A stretch of DNA of 62,682 nt, filler included, from Gonapodya sp. JEL0774 (lineage: Eukaryota), in the NCBI GenBank assembly GCA_027604505.1. It is 24 parts of 24 records of this genome, joined end to end, with 100 filler letters (N's around TTAATTAATTAA, not from the genome) between each part and the next. Parts side by side here need not be neighbours in the genome. Positions count along the whole stretch, not along the records: positions 49,785 to 52,286 come from JADIIX010001877.1; positions 52,387 to 54,886 come from JADIIX010001878.1; positions 54,987 to 57,486 come from JADIIX010001879.1; positions 57,587 to 60,085 come from JADIIX010001880.1; positions 60,186 to 62,682 come from JADIIX010001881.1; 19 more parts are not named here. One strand, 5' to 3'. The notes below the pieces were generated by a model. The model was not told where the DNA came from. It ran no database searches and saw only the letters and a program-made list of their open reading frames with translations. The position numbers and the translations under genes were made by a program. This document shows positions 49,785-61,033 of the stretch, in pieces (within the stretch, counting starts at the first letter, position 1; each line of letters begins with the position of its first letter).

Positions 49785-51599
49785 GTAGTCATCCACAATG
49801 GTTAACCAGTATCGTGCATTCTCCATAGAAAGAGCGTTTGCCTGCCCCAAATCCATATGCACAAGACCAAGGACTTTTGTAGAACGAGGACCATCGGAAG
49901 TTTTCCAATTCGAGCGCCGGTAAGTTTGTTTCCCTTCCATACAGGGTTGACACACGACTGCAATGTCGGTTGGTGTCTTGATATTCAGGCCACTAACATG
50001 ACCTTCGCCGATTGTTTTCCAGACCCGCTCAGGCGACTGATGCCCAAAACGTTCGTGCCACAAGAGAGCAGGATCGACTGTTGCTGAAGTATCCGAGATA
50101 CTTATGAGTAGACTGTCCGGAGGTGCACCGAGGTGAGTTGGATATCCTTGAACTGCATACAAACGAGTTCCCGGGATCTGGTTGATGAAACAGATATGAT
50201 TACCGTCCTTTGTGATTTCTAGGTCGTGACCTCTTCCAACCACTTCGCAACCCCTGTCGGCGAAAGAAGAGTGCGAGACGACCTTGATGTGTGACGACGG
50301 TGCATACAGTGAGTTCGTGAGTTTCAGAATGCCGTTCGGCTTTCCTGTCCGGTCCACCGTAGTAATGTTCATCGTTCCAACACCTTTCACTTCCAACATT
50401 CCTCCATCAGGAATCGTCACCCCTGCCTGCTCGATCAGCTTCAAGTCTTCGAAATCATCTGCATCCCACGACATACTGCGAGTCGCACCGGAGTCCCATA
50501 CCAACTCCGACTGAGAGCGTTTCTGGTGAGTGGCCCGAGAGTCCATTGCCGAAATGGTGAAAACGTGAGTGTCCATTTGATTCACGAACCCTCCGTTCCT
50601 CTCCTTGCCTTTCCCGCCACCGCCTTGATCACCCTTTCCACCACCGCCGCTGCCCCCGCCTCCCCCATTCTTCTTCGAATGATCACCACCACGATCGCCA
50701 TTCTGCCGCGGTTTCTTCTTCCTACAATCACGCGCCATGTGACCGTAAGTACCGCATTTGTTGCAGTTGCCGTGGAAGTGTTTGGAAGTTGAGCTTGACG
50801 TGCCGGACCGAGGTGAGTTCTGCGTGCTCGAGAATGTCTTTCCGACCTCATCCAGTTGACTATCATCCCTCGCAATTTGCTGTTCCGCCTCGACTAACAT
50901 CATACGGAACGATTCCATGGTGAGTGTCCCCTGCGTGAGTAGCAGTCCCGCCATGTCTAACTTCGAGCGGTACTCTTTTGGAAGACCGCTTCCGATCCAC
51001 TTCAACGCTTCGCCCACGTCGTACTTCCGCCCCTCCATCTCGCACAGCTGCCTAGCCATGCCACCCTTCTCCGCGAGGTAAGTGAGCATTGACTCGCCTG
51101 GTCGCATATCCCGCTTGTTGAGCTCACGGTGTAGTTCTATCGAGTGCGTAACCAGGTTCGGTCGGAATGTCTGGAGAATGGCCGTATACATGAGAGACGA
51201 AGTGTAGTTTCGGGGATCCGAAGGTAAGTGTTCGAGTATCAGAGTCAGCAGACTCTCGTCTATCGCCGCAATAATGAGGACCTGTGCAACCCTATCTTTA
51301 GCTCGCCACGCCTCCAGAGGATCAACTCCAGTTGCCGTAGTTGCCACACGCGCACCGGCAGACTCATCTGCCTCTTCCTCATCTGCACCACCGCCAGTAC
51401 GAGTAGCACCACCACCGGTACCGGGGGCCACGGGAGAGCTGACTGGACTAGCCGACGGCTTCGGCACTTCACCCAGTACGTACTCAAAGATTCCTAATTG
51501 GTTTGCAACGATGCTGAATGCCATTTTCCAGCTGTCTAGGTTACCGCCGAGTTTCAGCCTTACGCCGACGAACTTGATGTTAGAATTGTTGACCGACAT
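49785..51599 (-). mobile_element. Ty1/copia gag-pol ORF (gag, zinc knuckle, protease, integrase start), uninterrupted, 3' truncated
   Basis: CNKCGTYGHMARDC, WDSGAT, LWHERFGH..CQPCMEGK and LVHMDL..YWLTIVDDY lie in one open frame. Confidence 0.97.
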
Positions 51600-51635
51600 T
51601 GAAGGTGAGTCCTCCACAGTTGACTTAGAGTTCAG

Positions 51636-51649
51636 TCGCACTGTAAATG
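51636..51649 (-). promoter_or_regulatory. Primer-binding site complementary to a tRNA-Tyr(GUA) anticodon arm (half-tRNA priming)
   Basis: CATTTACAGTGCGA directly follows the LTR. Its complement UCGCA-CUGUAAA-UG has the form 5-nt stem, 7-nt GUA anticodon loop and 2 paired nt. Confidence 0.6.
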
Positions 51650-51890
51650 TGTTAACAGAGTCGGGCACGCTGGTTCAGAGTTCGGGTTTCGGACGTAGGA
51701 TGGTCGGACAGAGTTTCACCAGTAAAGAAATCTTATCTTGTAATGCTCTCTGCAGAATACAAAGTAGTTTCTCTCGCTTTATATAATGACTATTCGCCCT
51801 AAAGTACTGCGCACTACTGCGCACTCAGCCGGTATGTTGGATTGGGCACCGAGGGCAGTGCTCCGAGTCGCAGTGTTGCGACATCCAACA
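51650..51890 (-). repeat. 5' LTR of the copia element (241 bp)
   Basis: The minus strand starts TGTTGG and ends TTAACA, contains TATATAAA, and lies 50 bp upstream of the gag ATG. The second LTR is not in the contig. Confidence 0.75.
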
Positions 51891-52386
51891 CACTTCCCTG
51901 TCAGACACCACTTGTCTCATTGGTTTACCATTAGGAATCAGGTCCTGTGTATCTGGAGTTCTCTCCAACTCATGAGTGGTTTGAACCAACCTGTCACTGT
52001 GACATATGTAGCTTACAGCTAAGTCGGTTAGGTTAGTTTGTCTGATGAGGTGTGAGGGATCCGAGAGTTCAGGGTTGTTGCACAGAAGCTACCTAGATGT
52101 GTTGTGTCACCTTTGGTGACTTGCTAGCTTACTGCTGGATTAGAGATGGTAGTTTTATGATGAAGGGTCTCTGTGGTGCAGGTTGTTGTCAGAAGCAAGG
52201 TGTAGATTATTTAGGTTTGACTAGTAGCGCTTCTGTTCCAGGTAGGAACGTCAGCGCTTTGTATTTGTCTGTCTCTACACTATACANNNNNNNNNNNNNN
52301 NNNNNNNNNNNNNNNNNNNNNNNNNNNNNNTTAATTAATTAANNNNNNNNNNNNNNNNNNNNNNNNNNNNNNNNNNNNNNNNNNNN

Positions 52387-54746
52387 CAAGCTTGCCTTCC
52401 TCTCAAACAACTTGGACGGCCACTCCATTGCTATGGATGTATTTGACCAGGTGAAGTATGTGTCGGACGAGATCGATGCATATATTGCGAGGAATCCTGG
52501 GACCAAACGGGACAGCGTTCAGCCTGTCACAATCGCGAAGCTCCTCCCAAACACAGGAGCTGTAGGAGAGAAATGGACAGAAGTCACCACACTTCGAAAA
52601 CTCATGGTGATCGTGAACTTTTTTGATTCAGTACGTTATGCAATCGATGATTTGTTCCGCTCACGTCCTGATTATAGATCATCATCCGATTAGGTCAAAA
52701 ACAGGATCTACGACCATCGCCATACTGGTCTACTCAGTTTCATTAACATGCACGTCAACTTTGCCACAAGGGAGCTGAAGACTGAGGAAGATCAGGTACG
52801 TGAATAATGCAATTGTTCATGAGAGCTCACACCAGGAAATAAGTTGTTTGCTACCAGCACAAATACCTAGACTACCTCCTCAGCCAACCTTCCCGTGTGA
52901 CGGAAGCCCAAGCAAGAGCGTGGTTGGAAAACTTTGCGCGCAGGAAAGCCCTTCGTGAGACGTTGGAGAACAGCAAATTGGTCCTCGCGGAACGTCTTCC
53001 GCAGATGCAATTCGACCGGCTTTTCGGGGAGATTGAGAACGGTGCGTACCTTTCATTAAATTTTCCTACATAAACCTAACGTACACTTTTCACTTCATAG
53101 GGATGTATGACGACAATCCTGATCAACTCCGAGCCGCCATAGAATCAGCAAAAAATCCATCGCCATCGAAGGAACCTCGTGCGCAGGAGATCACTGACCT
53201 CGACGAAGATGTCTCCCCTCCGGCCCGCCCTGATTTTGGTGTTGAAACTGAGACAACAACGGTTCGCGATGAGATGGCGCTTGGAAGTGCTCCAGAAATT
53301 GTAGATGACATGGACGATGGAGAGGGCGACGAGGGCGTACAGGTGGTAAAATCGGATGATGACGACGATGACGCCGGTGTGGATATGGACATGGATGGGC
53401 CCACCAAATCCCGCAAGAAAAACACCTCCTCCGTATCGAAGTCAAAACTATCCGGAGATAAGGTTGACAAAGACGATGACGAAACCTCGAGGCGAGTCAT
53501 TTATCATATGCTCCCTTCTCACCGTTGATTTCTTAACACCAATTACGTTTCAAGGGCACCACTCCGTATGCCTTTTGAATTGGTCGAGCCCGCACCGACC
53601 GTCATTCTTCGCGCCCCAATACATTCGGCTGGTGACAACGGCAAACCTCTACACGCCCACATCAATAGTGCGTCCATGGTTGTGGTTGATCTGGATCGAG
53701 TGGGGTCTGAGGTGAAGCCAACCTTGGATCTTGCAGGAAAACTTGCAGTTGGCACAGGATGGATTGTTTTGGTGAGTCTCATGTTTACAAACAGCTTGTA
53801 CGATCATGAAATATGGTTGGTACCCTTCCAGCACACTTCCAAGTGGATCGCGTTATCGGAAGCACGGAAAGTTTTCCTCTCCGAGTTGGAGTACGAGAAC
53901 CGCAGAATCTTCTTCGCAGATGACATTGCAACATGGATGGATCACAAAAAGAAGAAGCTCCATTACTTCCTGGTTGCGCAATGCTTTCTGCAAAGCGCAA
54001 CTAGCTTTAAAGTGGAGGCACCCTTTGTGGGTCAGCTGCCTCCTTCCAAAGGAATGGATGATGCTTTGAGATTGGCGGTGGGTTTTGTGTTTCATCATTC
54101 AGCATAGAACTTACTCTCATCTTCATTTTATAGGGCGACCCTGACATGCAAGTGCCCATAACTACCGCAGCCTACATCGTCCACCAGCTTACCAAAAAGG
54201 AAGAGCTCCTCATTGACCTCGGTTGTGGAGCGGCAGGATTTGGAGTTGCTGCCCTTTTGACCAATCGCAAGTACATTGGGATCGAATCTGTCACTGATGT
54301 AGCTGGATCTGCTTTGAAGCGCCTTACGTCGCTTCATCAAACGTTTGTTGAAGAGAAGGGGGATCTTGCTGCTAAGTAAGCTTATAACGGTTTCATCCTA
54401 CGCACTGTTTGCACACCTTGCCATTTAACTTGCACTTTATAGGTACATTGAATACACTACGTTGAAGTCCGTAGACGTGTGGACAGGTAAAGAGAACGTT
54501 CTCCCTCCACGCCTCAAGTCGAGACCACCCACACCTCGTCAGTCGGCAACTCCACTCAAGACTGGTGTCATCGAGACACGTTCTGTGAAGCGCTCGCGAG
54601 ACAAGGATGACACTGAGGAGAATGTAGATGAGGGACCTTCAGACCGCAAGGGGAAGAGAGTAGCACGTAGGTCTTCCCGCCTAACACCTAGAACTCGACG
54701 CTTCATTGAGAAATACTACGTTGATGTACAGGCAAAGGATGACTGA
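52387..54746 (+). CDS. Multi-exon protein with a beta-class DNA N6A/N4C methyltransferase-like domain, acidic linker and basic tail, 5' truncated
   Basis: Introns 52631-52693, 52796-52857, 53042-53100, 53492-53554 (GC-AG), 53772-53831, 54078-54133 and 54376-54442 give one continuous frame. DPDMQVP...IVHQLTKKEELLIDLGCGAAGFGVAALLTNRKYIGIE...ALKRL matches the C-terminal block of beta-class methyltransferases. Confidence 0.8.
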
Positions 54747-54986
54747 AGCAAATGTAGAAGTAAGATTATCAATACATATTCAAACACCATCTTTCACAAA
54801 CCATAGAGAGCATAAGATAAGAGGGAGAAGTTCATGTTGGATCTATAGTGTACGTACAGATATGTAAGGAAACATGAAATAACAGGNNNNNNNNNNNNNN
54901 NNNNNNNNNNNNNNNNNNNNNNNNNNNNNNTTAATTAATTAANNNNNNNNNNNNNNNNNNNNNNNNNNNNNNNNNNNNNNNNNNNN

Positions 54987-57486
54987 CTCCATCCCAACAA
55001 TCAAGTGCTCAAGCCAACTCGACTGTGGTCTCACCCGTCCTGACTTGGGCGAACTCAATAGACTCTGCAACTACCTCGGGTCTTGCTCGATACAGTGTCA
55101 GCCTTCTTACTACCCCTGCGCTTACAACTGGTGCGCCAATGCAACTCAGGGCTGCGATGCCGCTGTTCCCATACCTGGGCTGCAGGGTATGTCACGTGTC
55201 TGGTGCAATGTATGCCCTGGTCAATGCACTCTATGCTTCTCGTCCTGTCTCTCCCCGTTTCCCCCTCCCCGCTTCTCTTAGGCCCCTCCGCACCAACTCC
55301 ATCCCCCCTCTCCCTCTCCCCTGCTCCCTCCGGCCCCCTCTACTCGATCCCCCCCCGCTCCCTCCTCGCAATCTCAATCTCAGTCTCCGCCGTCATATTC
55401 CTCGCCGTAGGAACCTACATCGGACTCAGAATCGCCAAAAACAGGCGCAAAGACAGGGAATGGGTCGTCGAGCGCGGGGGCAAAGGGTGGTTCAAGAGGG
55501 GAAAGAAGTATGGTCGTGATGATGACGGCGACGTGGTGGAGGAGATGAGCCACGGCGGTGGCAGGGGTACTGGTCCCGGAGTTGGTACTGGATCTGGGAT
55601 CGGTGTTGGTGCTGGGGCTGGCTGGTTCGGCAGTGAGAGAAACAATGGTGGTGCTGGGGACGTGGACCTGGTCGAGGAGCTGACCAGTGGTGGTCCTGGC
55701 CCTGGTGCTGGTCCCGGGGCCGATGCCAGTTCGCACCTTGGTGGAGGAGGTACTACCGGTGCCGCCCTCGCCGCTCCTTCCTCCCGACAACTCTCCCCCA
55801 CCACTCTTCCCACCACCACCGCCACCGCCACATCTCCCTCCTCCCTCCTCCCACCATCCCGCCTTCCCTTTCCGTCCTCGTCCACCACCGCCCCCTTCTC
55901 CCGCTTCCCCGCCGTCGCCGCCCGCCTCCGCCCCAACACCACCAAACTCTCGTCCCGTCCATCACCCTCCTCCCCGTCCGCCACGTCACCCACACCCTCC
56001 CAACACCCGCTGACCTCGCCCTCGCCCTCCCCCTCCACCTCCACCTCGCCCAGCCCACCACCCCCCGCACCCCCGCAATCCCCCTCATTCACGTACCACC
56101 CCGCCTCCCGCCACCCTGCCCACCGCCGCGCTCCCATCTCCCCACCCCCCCCGTCTCCGTCTCCCTCGGCCGACCTGCTCCCTCACCCCACGTCCCCCAC
56201 CGGCTTCTCCCCTACGTCCCCCCCCCGCTCCCGCTCCCCCTCGGACTCTGTCTCGGGCGCCTTCTCAATCGTGCCGTCGGTGGGACCCGTGCCTGGATCT
56301 CCCACCGGCACGCCCACGCCCTCCCCGTCGTCGTCGCCCGAGACGGGTGCGGTCGTGGCGGGAAGAGAGGGGAGTCGGGGGTCCGGTGGTGCTGGTGGTG
56401 CTGGTGGTGCCGCCGTCGGTGTTGGTGTGGATGCCGCCTCGTCGCGCCCTCACGCCACCTCCCACGCTCCCCCACCCCCCACACCGAGCCCCACCCCGCC
56501 CAGCCCGCCAGCCCAGCCGTGGATCCCCCACTGGATCGCGAACCAGAAGGCCATGGAAACGGAGGGCGAGACGGAGGGCGGGTCAGGGTACGGGTTCGGG
56601 TACGGGTACGCCGGGTACGAGGACCGGAGGGTGGTGAGAGCTGCTGGGTGGGACGGTGCGTACGGGTACGGGTACGGGTACGGGGTACACGGCGGTGGTG
56701 GGGAAGGGGAAGGGGAGAGCGAAGGTAGGTTGGGGGGTTGGGGGTTGGCTATGCGTGGAGTGACACCTGACACCCGGTCCACCGGTCCCGCCAACCCGCC
56801 TCACGGGCCCCCGCGCGGCACGCGGGGCGGGGGGGGGGGCGGCGGGGGGGCGCGGGGCNNNNNNNNNNCCACCCGCCCGCCCCTGCGCCCCCCCACCCCC
56901 CCACCCCCCCACCCCCCACGCACCCCCCCCCCGGCCCCCAAACCCCCCCCCCCCCCCACCCCCCCCCGCGCCACGACCCCCCCCCCCTCCCCCCCACAAC
57001 ACGACGTCACCCCACGCAAGTCGGTCTCGCTACCGTCGCACTGCCACCCGCCGCGCACACACACACACATCCTGCCGCACCACCACGGAGCCCCATGTCG
57101 CTGTCTCTCACTCCACCGGCACCGGGAGGGGCCTATTCCGGTGCCGGTCCCGTTCCCGGTCCCGTTCCGGCTCCCTTTCCTTCCTACCCATACCACGACC
57201 CCTCCAAACCCCCTCTCCCCTTGCCAGACGACCCCACCCTCCTTGCCCACCTTGCCTCCTTCCTCCCCCCAGTGCTCACACCCGCCGACTTGTCCCGCCT
57301 GCCTATCCCCCCCGAGACCATCGTGACGCCGGGGAAAATCTACATCGCCCAACGCGGGTACGCCTCACCCCGCGCCACGGACCTGTCGCTGCGAGCCGAC
57401 GACCAAGTGGCCGTGATGGGGTGGGCGTCGGGGTCTGGTATGGGCGCCGGGTTGGTCCACGGGGTGAATTTGGCCACGTCCCACGA
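54987..57486 (+). CDS. Single-pass membrane protein with Cys-rich ectodomain, Pro/Ser-rich tail and C-terminal SH3-like domain, partial
   Basis: The first exon has 8 Cys. TM segment LLAISISVSAVIFLAVGTYIGL is followed by RIAKNRRK. The end reads IYIAQRGYASPRATDLSLRADDQVAV..VHGVNLAT. Sequence quality is low near 56810-57000. Confidence 0.7.
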
Positions 57487-57586
57487 NNNNNNNNNNNNNN
57501 NNNNNNNNNNNNNNNNNNNNNNNNNNNNNNTTAATTAATTAANNNNNNNNNNNNNNNNNNNNNNNNNNNNNNNNNNNNNNNNNNNN

Positions 57587-58066
57587 GGACAGGGAACGAA
57601 CCGAAACTGATGGAGGATCCAGTGGTTGGTTGGTTGGCACATCTCACTGTGAGCTACTCCATCACACTGATCCGCCACCAACTACATCTGCCTGATACAG
57701 GTAAAAGACGTCGCCTACAAATATGGCATGACTCCCGCACAAGTCCTCCTCAGCTGGTCTATTCAACGGGGCTCTGTCGCAATACCGAAATCAACTCAAA
57801 AGTGTGTGAGAGACAGCGTATTGTCCTTCGTCCAAGCCAAGAACTCGAATCTGAAACCCATGATGTTATGTGATCTTCGCCCCGTTCGGTACATGCGGCA
57901 AAACTTCCATGAACATGCGCAATTATCTGCGGACGACATTGAGCGCATAAACACAATCAAAACTAGGAAGCTTTTCAATGATCCTACATGGAGTGCACCG
58001 GAACTTTTGGCAAGGAAGAATGGGAGGACCATGATCAGATCTGATCGACATTTACATTTATGCTGA
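57587..58066 (+). CDS. Aldo-keto reductase, C-terminal part
   Basis: LMEDPV-VKDVAYKYGMTPAQVLLSWSIQRGSVAIPKST..QNF..LSADDIERIN. Confidence 0.92.
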
Positions 58067-58188
58067 CTCATGCGCTCTAATAGACTCTTTTCGAAACTCA
58101 AGAAGTGATGGCTGCCGCATCGCTCATTATGGGTTTAGTACTACGTGCGTGTTACCAGGATGCATCAGTCAAACGGATTAACGAGCTT

Positions 58189-59615
58189 TCAAAATTGGTC
58201 CACTTTTCCAGCCTCCTTCTCTTTCGCCAGCCTTTCATCATTCAGAGACCACCACCAAGTGTGCGTGAAGTCATCGCTTTCCCTGCTGTCCCATGGCTTC
58301 GGACTGGAATGATGTAGAGGGTTCGTGAGCTTGGCTGATCAACCGCAGCTGGCGACTTCAGAATCATCAAGAGCGCCACTATCCTCACCTTAAGATGTAA
58401 TGCACGCACTTGACTTTGTCGTCACGCCAAATGGGCGCGTGGCACCATCGTAGGGTCTTGAGGGCATTGTAAATGTAAGGAATGCCGACCCACCGGTCCC
58501 TGAAAACGTCCGAGAGGAGGGCTTGATCCGCGAATTCATCTGGAAAAGATTGATTGAAGTGATTGAGAAGGAATGTGAGGAACCGTCATGGAAGTGGAGA
58601 GTTTCTGATCTTCCTCGGCTATCTCGAGAACATTTTAAACCCCGACCCGGCGAGGAATTTGTAACTCACAATTGTTCGTCTTCGATGGCTCCGCCATTGT
58701 CGCCATGATATCGTTATAGAGTTTCATCGAGGGGTTAACGACCTGAAGTCCTGCATGAAACAGACTCGGAATGAGACTGGTCGCAAGAAATAGTTTCAGC
58801 TGCCCACTCACCGCCGTTCACCATGGACAGACCAGTGCTACACTGTGCTCCTTCGGTTTGCGCCTTTTCCGGGTCTCCGTGCTGAGACGTGAAGGCGCAA
58901 TTTGAAGGGATCCTGGTTTGGTATAATACATTCAGCAACTACTGAACAACAGTCCCACCGACTAAAAACTCACCAGTCCTTCGGGTAATGGACTTTCTTA
59001 AGCGGATTACACACACAAGCGTGGCTTCCAGCGAACACCCGGTCCGTCTCATTTAGGGGCAGGTCCATGAGTTCGTCCATGTTTTGCAGGATGATCATGT
59101 CAGAGTCGAGCTGAACAACTCGGTCATATTCAATAAGGGAGAATGGTTGAAGTTTACTCCAGCAATCGCTGTGATGAAACCAGTTTGATTAAAATCTGAG
59201 TTCTTGATTTTGATCAACGAGACGCTCACTAGAACCGGGTTTCGGTCGAGTAGTCCTTGTGTGCCTTGGGAAGTAAGTACTCAATACGTTTTTTCGGTAT
59301 GCCACGAAGATCGAGAGCTGCGTGACCCTCCGCCGGGAATCCATCAGTGTAGAGTGCTATAAGTGGGTACTTTGATCCGACCTTCTTCAAGCTGTAATCG
59401 AGAGTGAGGAGGCCTGACAAATACTTGGTGTTCGTAATCAGAGTTGTCCAGACTAAACGGGGAGGAATCGGCGGTCCCGGGACGGCAAACCAACAGGGAG
59501 AGCAATATATGGCCATTCCGTAAGCAACGATCCATCTCCGAAACTGCGCTGCGCTGGGCATACCTTTGGCGGAATTGACAACTCGGGCTGCCTTGCGTTC
59601 ACTTTCCGTGGACAT
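58189..59615 (-). CDS. Glycosyltransferase family 8 (glycogenin/galactinol-synthase-like), apparently complete
   Basis: VWTTLITNTKYLSGLLTLDYSL, YDRVVQLDSDM (DxD motif), HACVCNP, FADQALL, PYIYNALKTLR and HYIL-SPKPW. Confidence 0.94.
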
Positions 59616-59812
59616 AAGTGGTGATTGATTTGGAGATTGAAAGAAATCAAGCAAACGATTTGCTGATGTTGGAGGTACATACACTGTCGCAATTGGAATG
59701 TGACCACAGCATCCATATCCAATCGCCGTTCCATCGGCTTGGAATGGAAAATATATGAACTCCGTCTAAATATACAGTGGCGGAAATGGAAAACACGTCT
59801 ATGATATTCTTA

Positions 59813-60085
59813 TCAGGCCTGACCTTTATACTTAAGCAGGTCCAGTTTTCGGAATCCTTTGGCGTCAAGCAACTCCGGTGGCAAGTCAGGTTCAGCTTCC
59901 TCCGAGTAACCATACTTGGCAAGAAGCCTAGAGAATGACGTTCAACGTCGTTCGAATGAGCGGTCAATTCGTTCAGCACATCATGCCTTGTCAGAATTAG
60001 AGGATTTCTACCTACCTTGTCAACCCCTGTAACTCCAACCACCAGGGTCTCAAAGTCGCCTTCCGCTTCGTCAAATTCGCTTCGT
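59813..60085 (-). CDS. Possible last exons of an unidentified gene
   Basis: An open frame EAEGDFETLVVGVTGVDK ends at a GTAGGT donor, and a later exon reads ELLDAKGFRKLDLLKYKGQA*. Confidence 0.3.
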
Positions 60086-60185
60086 NNNNNNNNNNNNNNN
60101 NNNNNNNNNNNNNNNNNNNNNNNNNNNNNTTAATTAATTAANNNNNNNNNNNNNNNNNNNNNNNNNNNNNNNNNNNNNNNNNNNN

Positions 60186-60715
60186 GTCATTGTTGCGGAG
60201 GGGGAGAGGGATATCACCATCAAGGTGCAGGACGAGGCGGGGGGGATTCCCAGGAGCGGGATGCCGCTGGTGTGGACGTACATGTATACCACGGCGAGTA
60301 CGCCCATGTTGGAGGATGATTATAGTAGGAACGATTTTAACGCGCCGCTGGCTGGTGAGTTGAGGGCGGGGGTGCTGCGGAGGGGGCAATTTCCGCGGAA
60401 CCCTCCCCCGACGCTGACACGTAGGCCCCACTTTTGACGCTTCCCGTCCACGAGGTTTCGGGTACGGGTTACCGCTTTCTCGGCTTTACGCGCGTTATTT
60501 CGGAGGAGATTTGAAGCTGATATCGATGGAAGGGTACGGGACCGGTGAGTTTTGTGGGGTCGGACAGAGAATCGTTTTACTTGGCTTCATTGTGATTGAG
60601 AGACCCCGGCTACCCAATGCGTGTAATTATTGTTTTTCGATTCCGTGGTACGGCACCAGACGCGTACTTGCATTTGAGCAGACTGGCAGATTCTCCGGAG
60701 CCGCTACCGAGTTGA
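60186..60715 (+). CDS. Mitochondrial pyruvate dehydrogenase kinase family protein, C-terminal part
   Basis: [71 protein letters not shown]. Confidence 0.95.
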
Positions 60716-61033
60716 GATTTGATCAAACTACGTATAAAAACCCATGTAATACTGTTTGATGATTCGGAGCTAATAATTGCATTACATGGTAGGTGGGGCA
60801 AGGAAGTGGTGCTAGGTCTCATGGGCAGCTGACACCAGAATGCAAAGTTGCTGGTTGACTCTGGTTCGCGGTCCGCTGACAAGGGCGAGCGACGATCCAA
60901 CGGGGAGCGAGTTTTGCTCCGACAACGATATATATTCGATCTGGTCACCCGAGTCTCCGAGTTGCTCACAGATCGTGTTGTCGCCGTCTCCACCGTGAAT
61001 CGACTTGACCCTCGCATCCTGGACACTTTGAGC

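Noticed and set aside
49785..54746. Copia element and methyltransferase-like gene forming one mobile system
   Set aside because: They are on different contigs separated by an artificial spacer, so there is no evidence of linkage.
56810..57000. Poly-G/poly-C tract as a G-quadruplex or hairpin element
   Set aside because: It flanks an internal N gap and looks like low-quality sequence in a GC-rich coding region.
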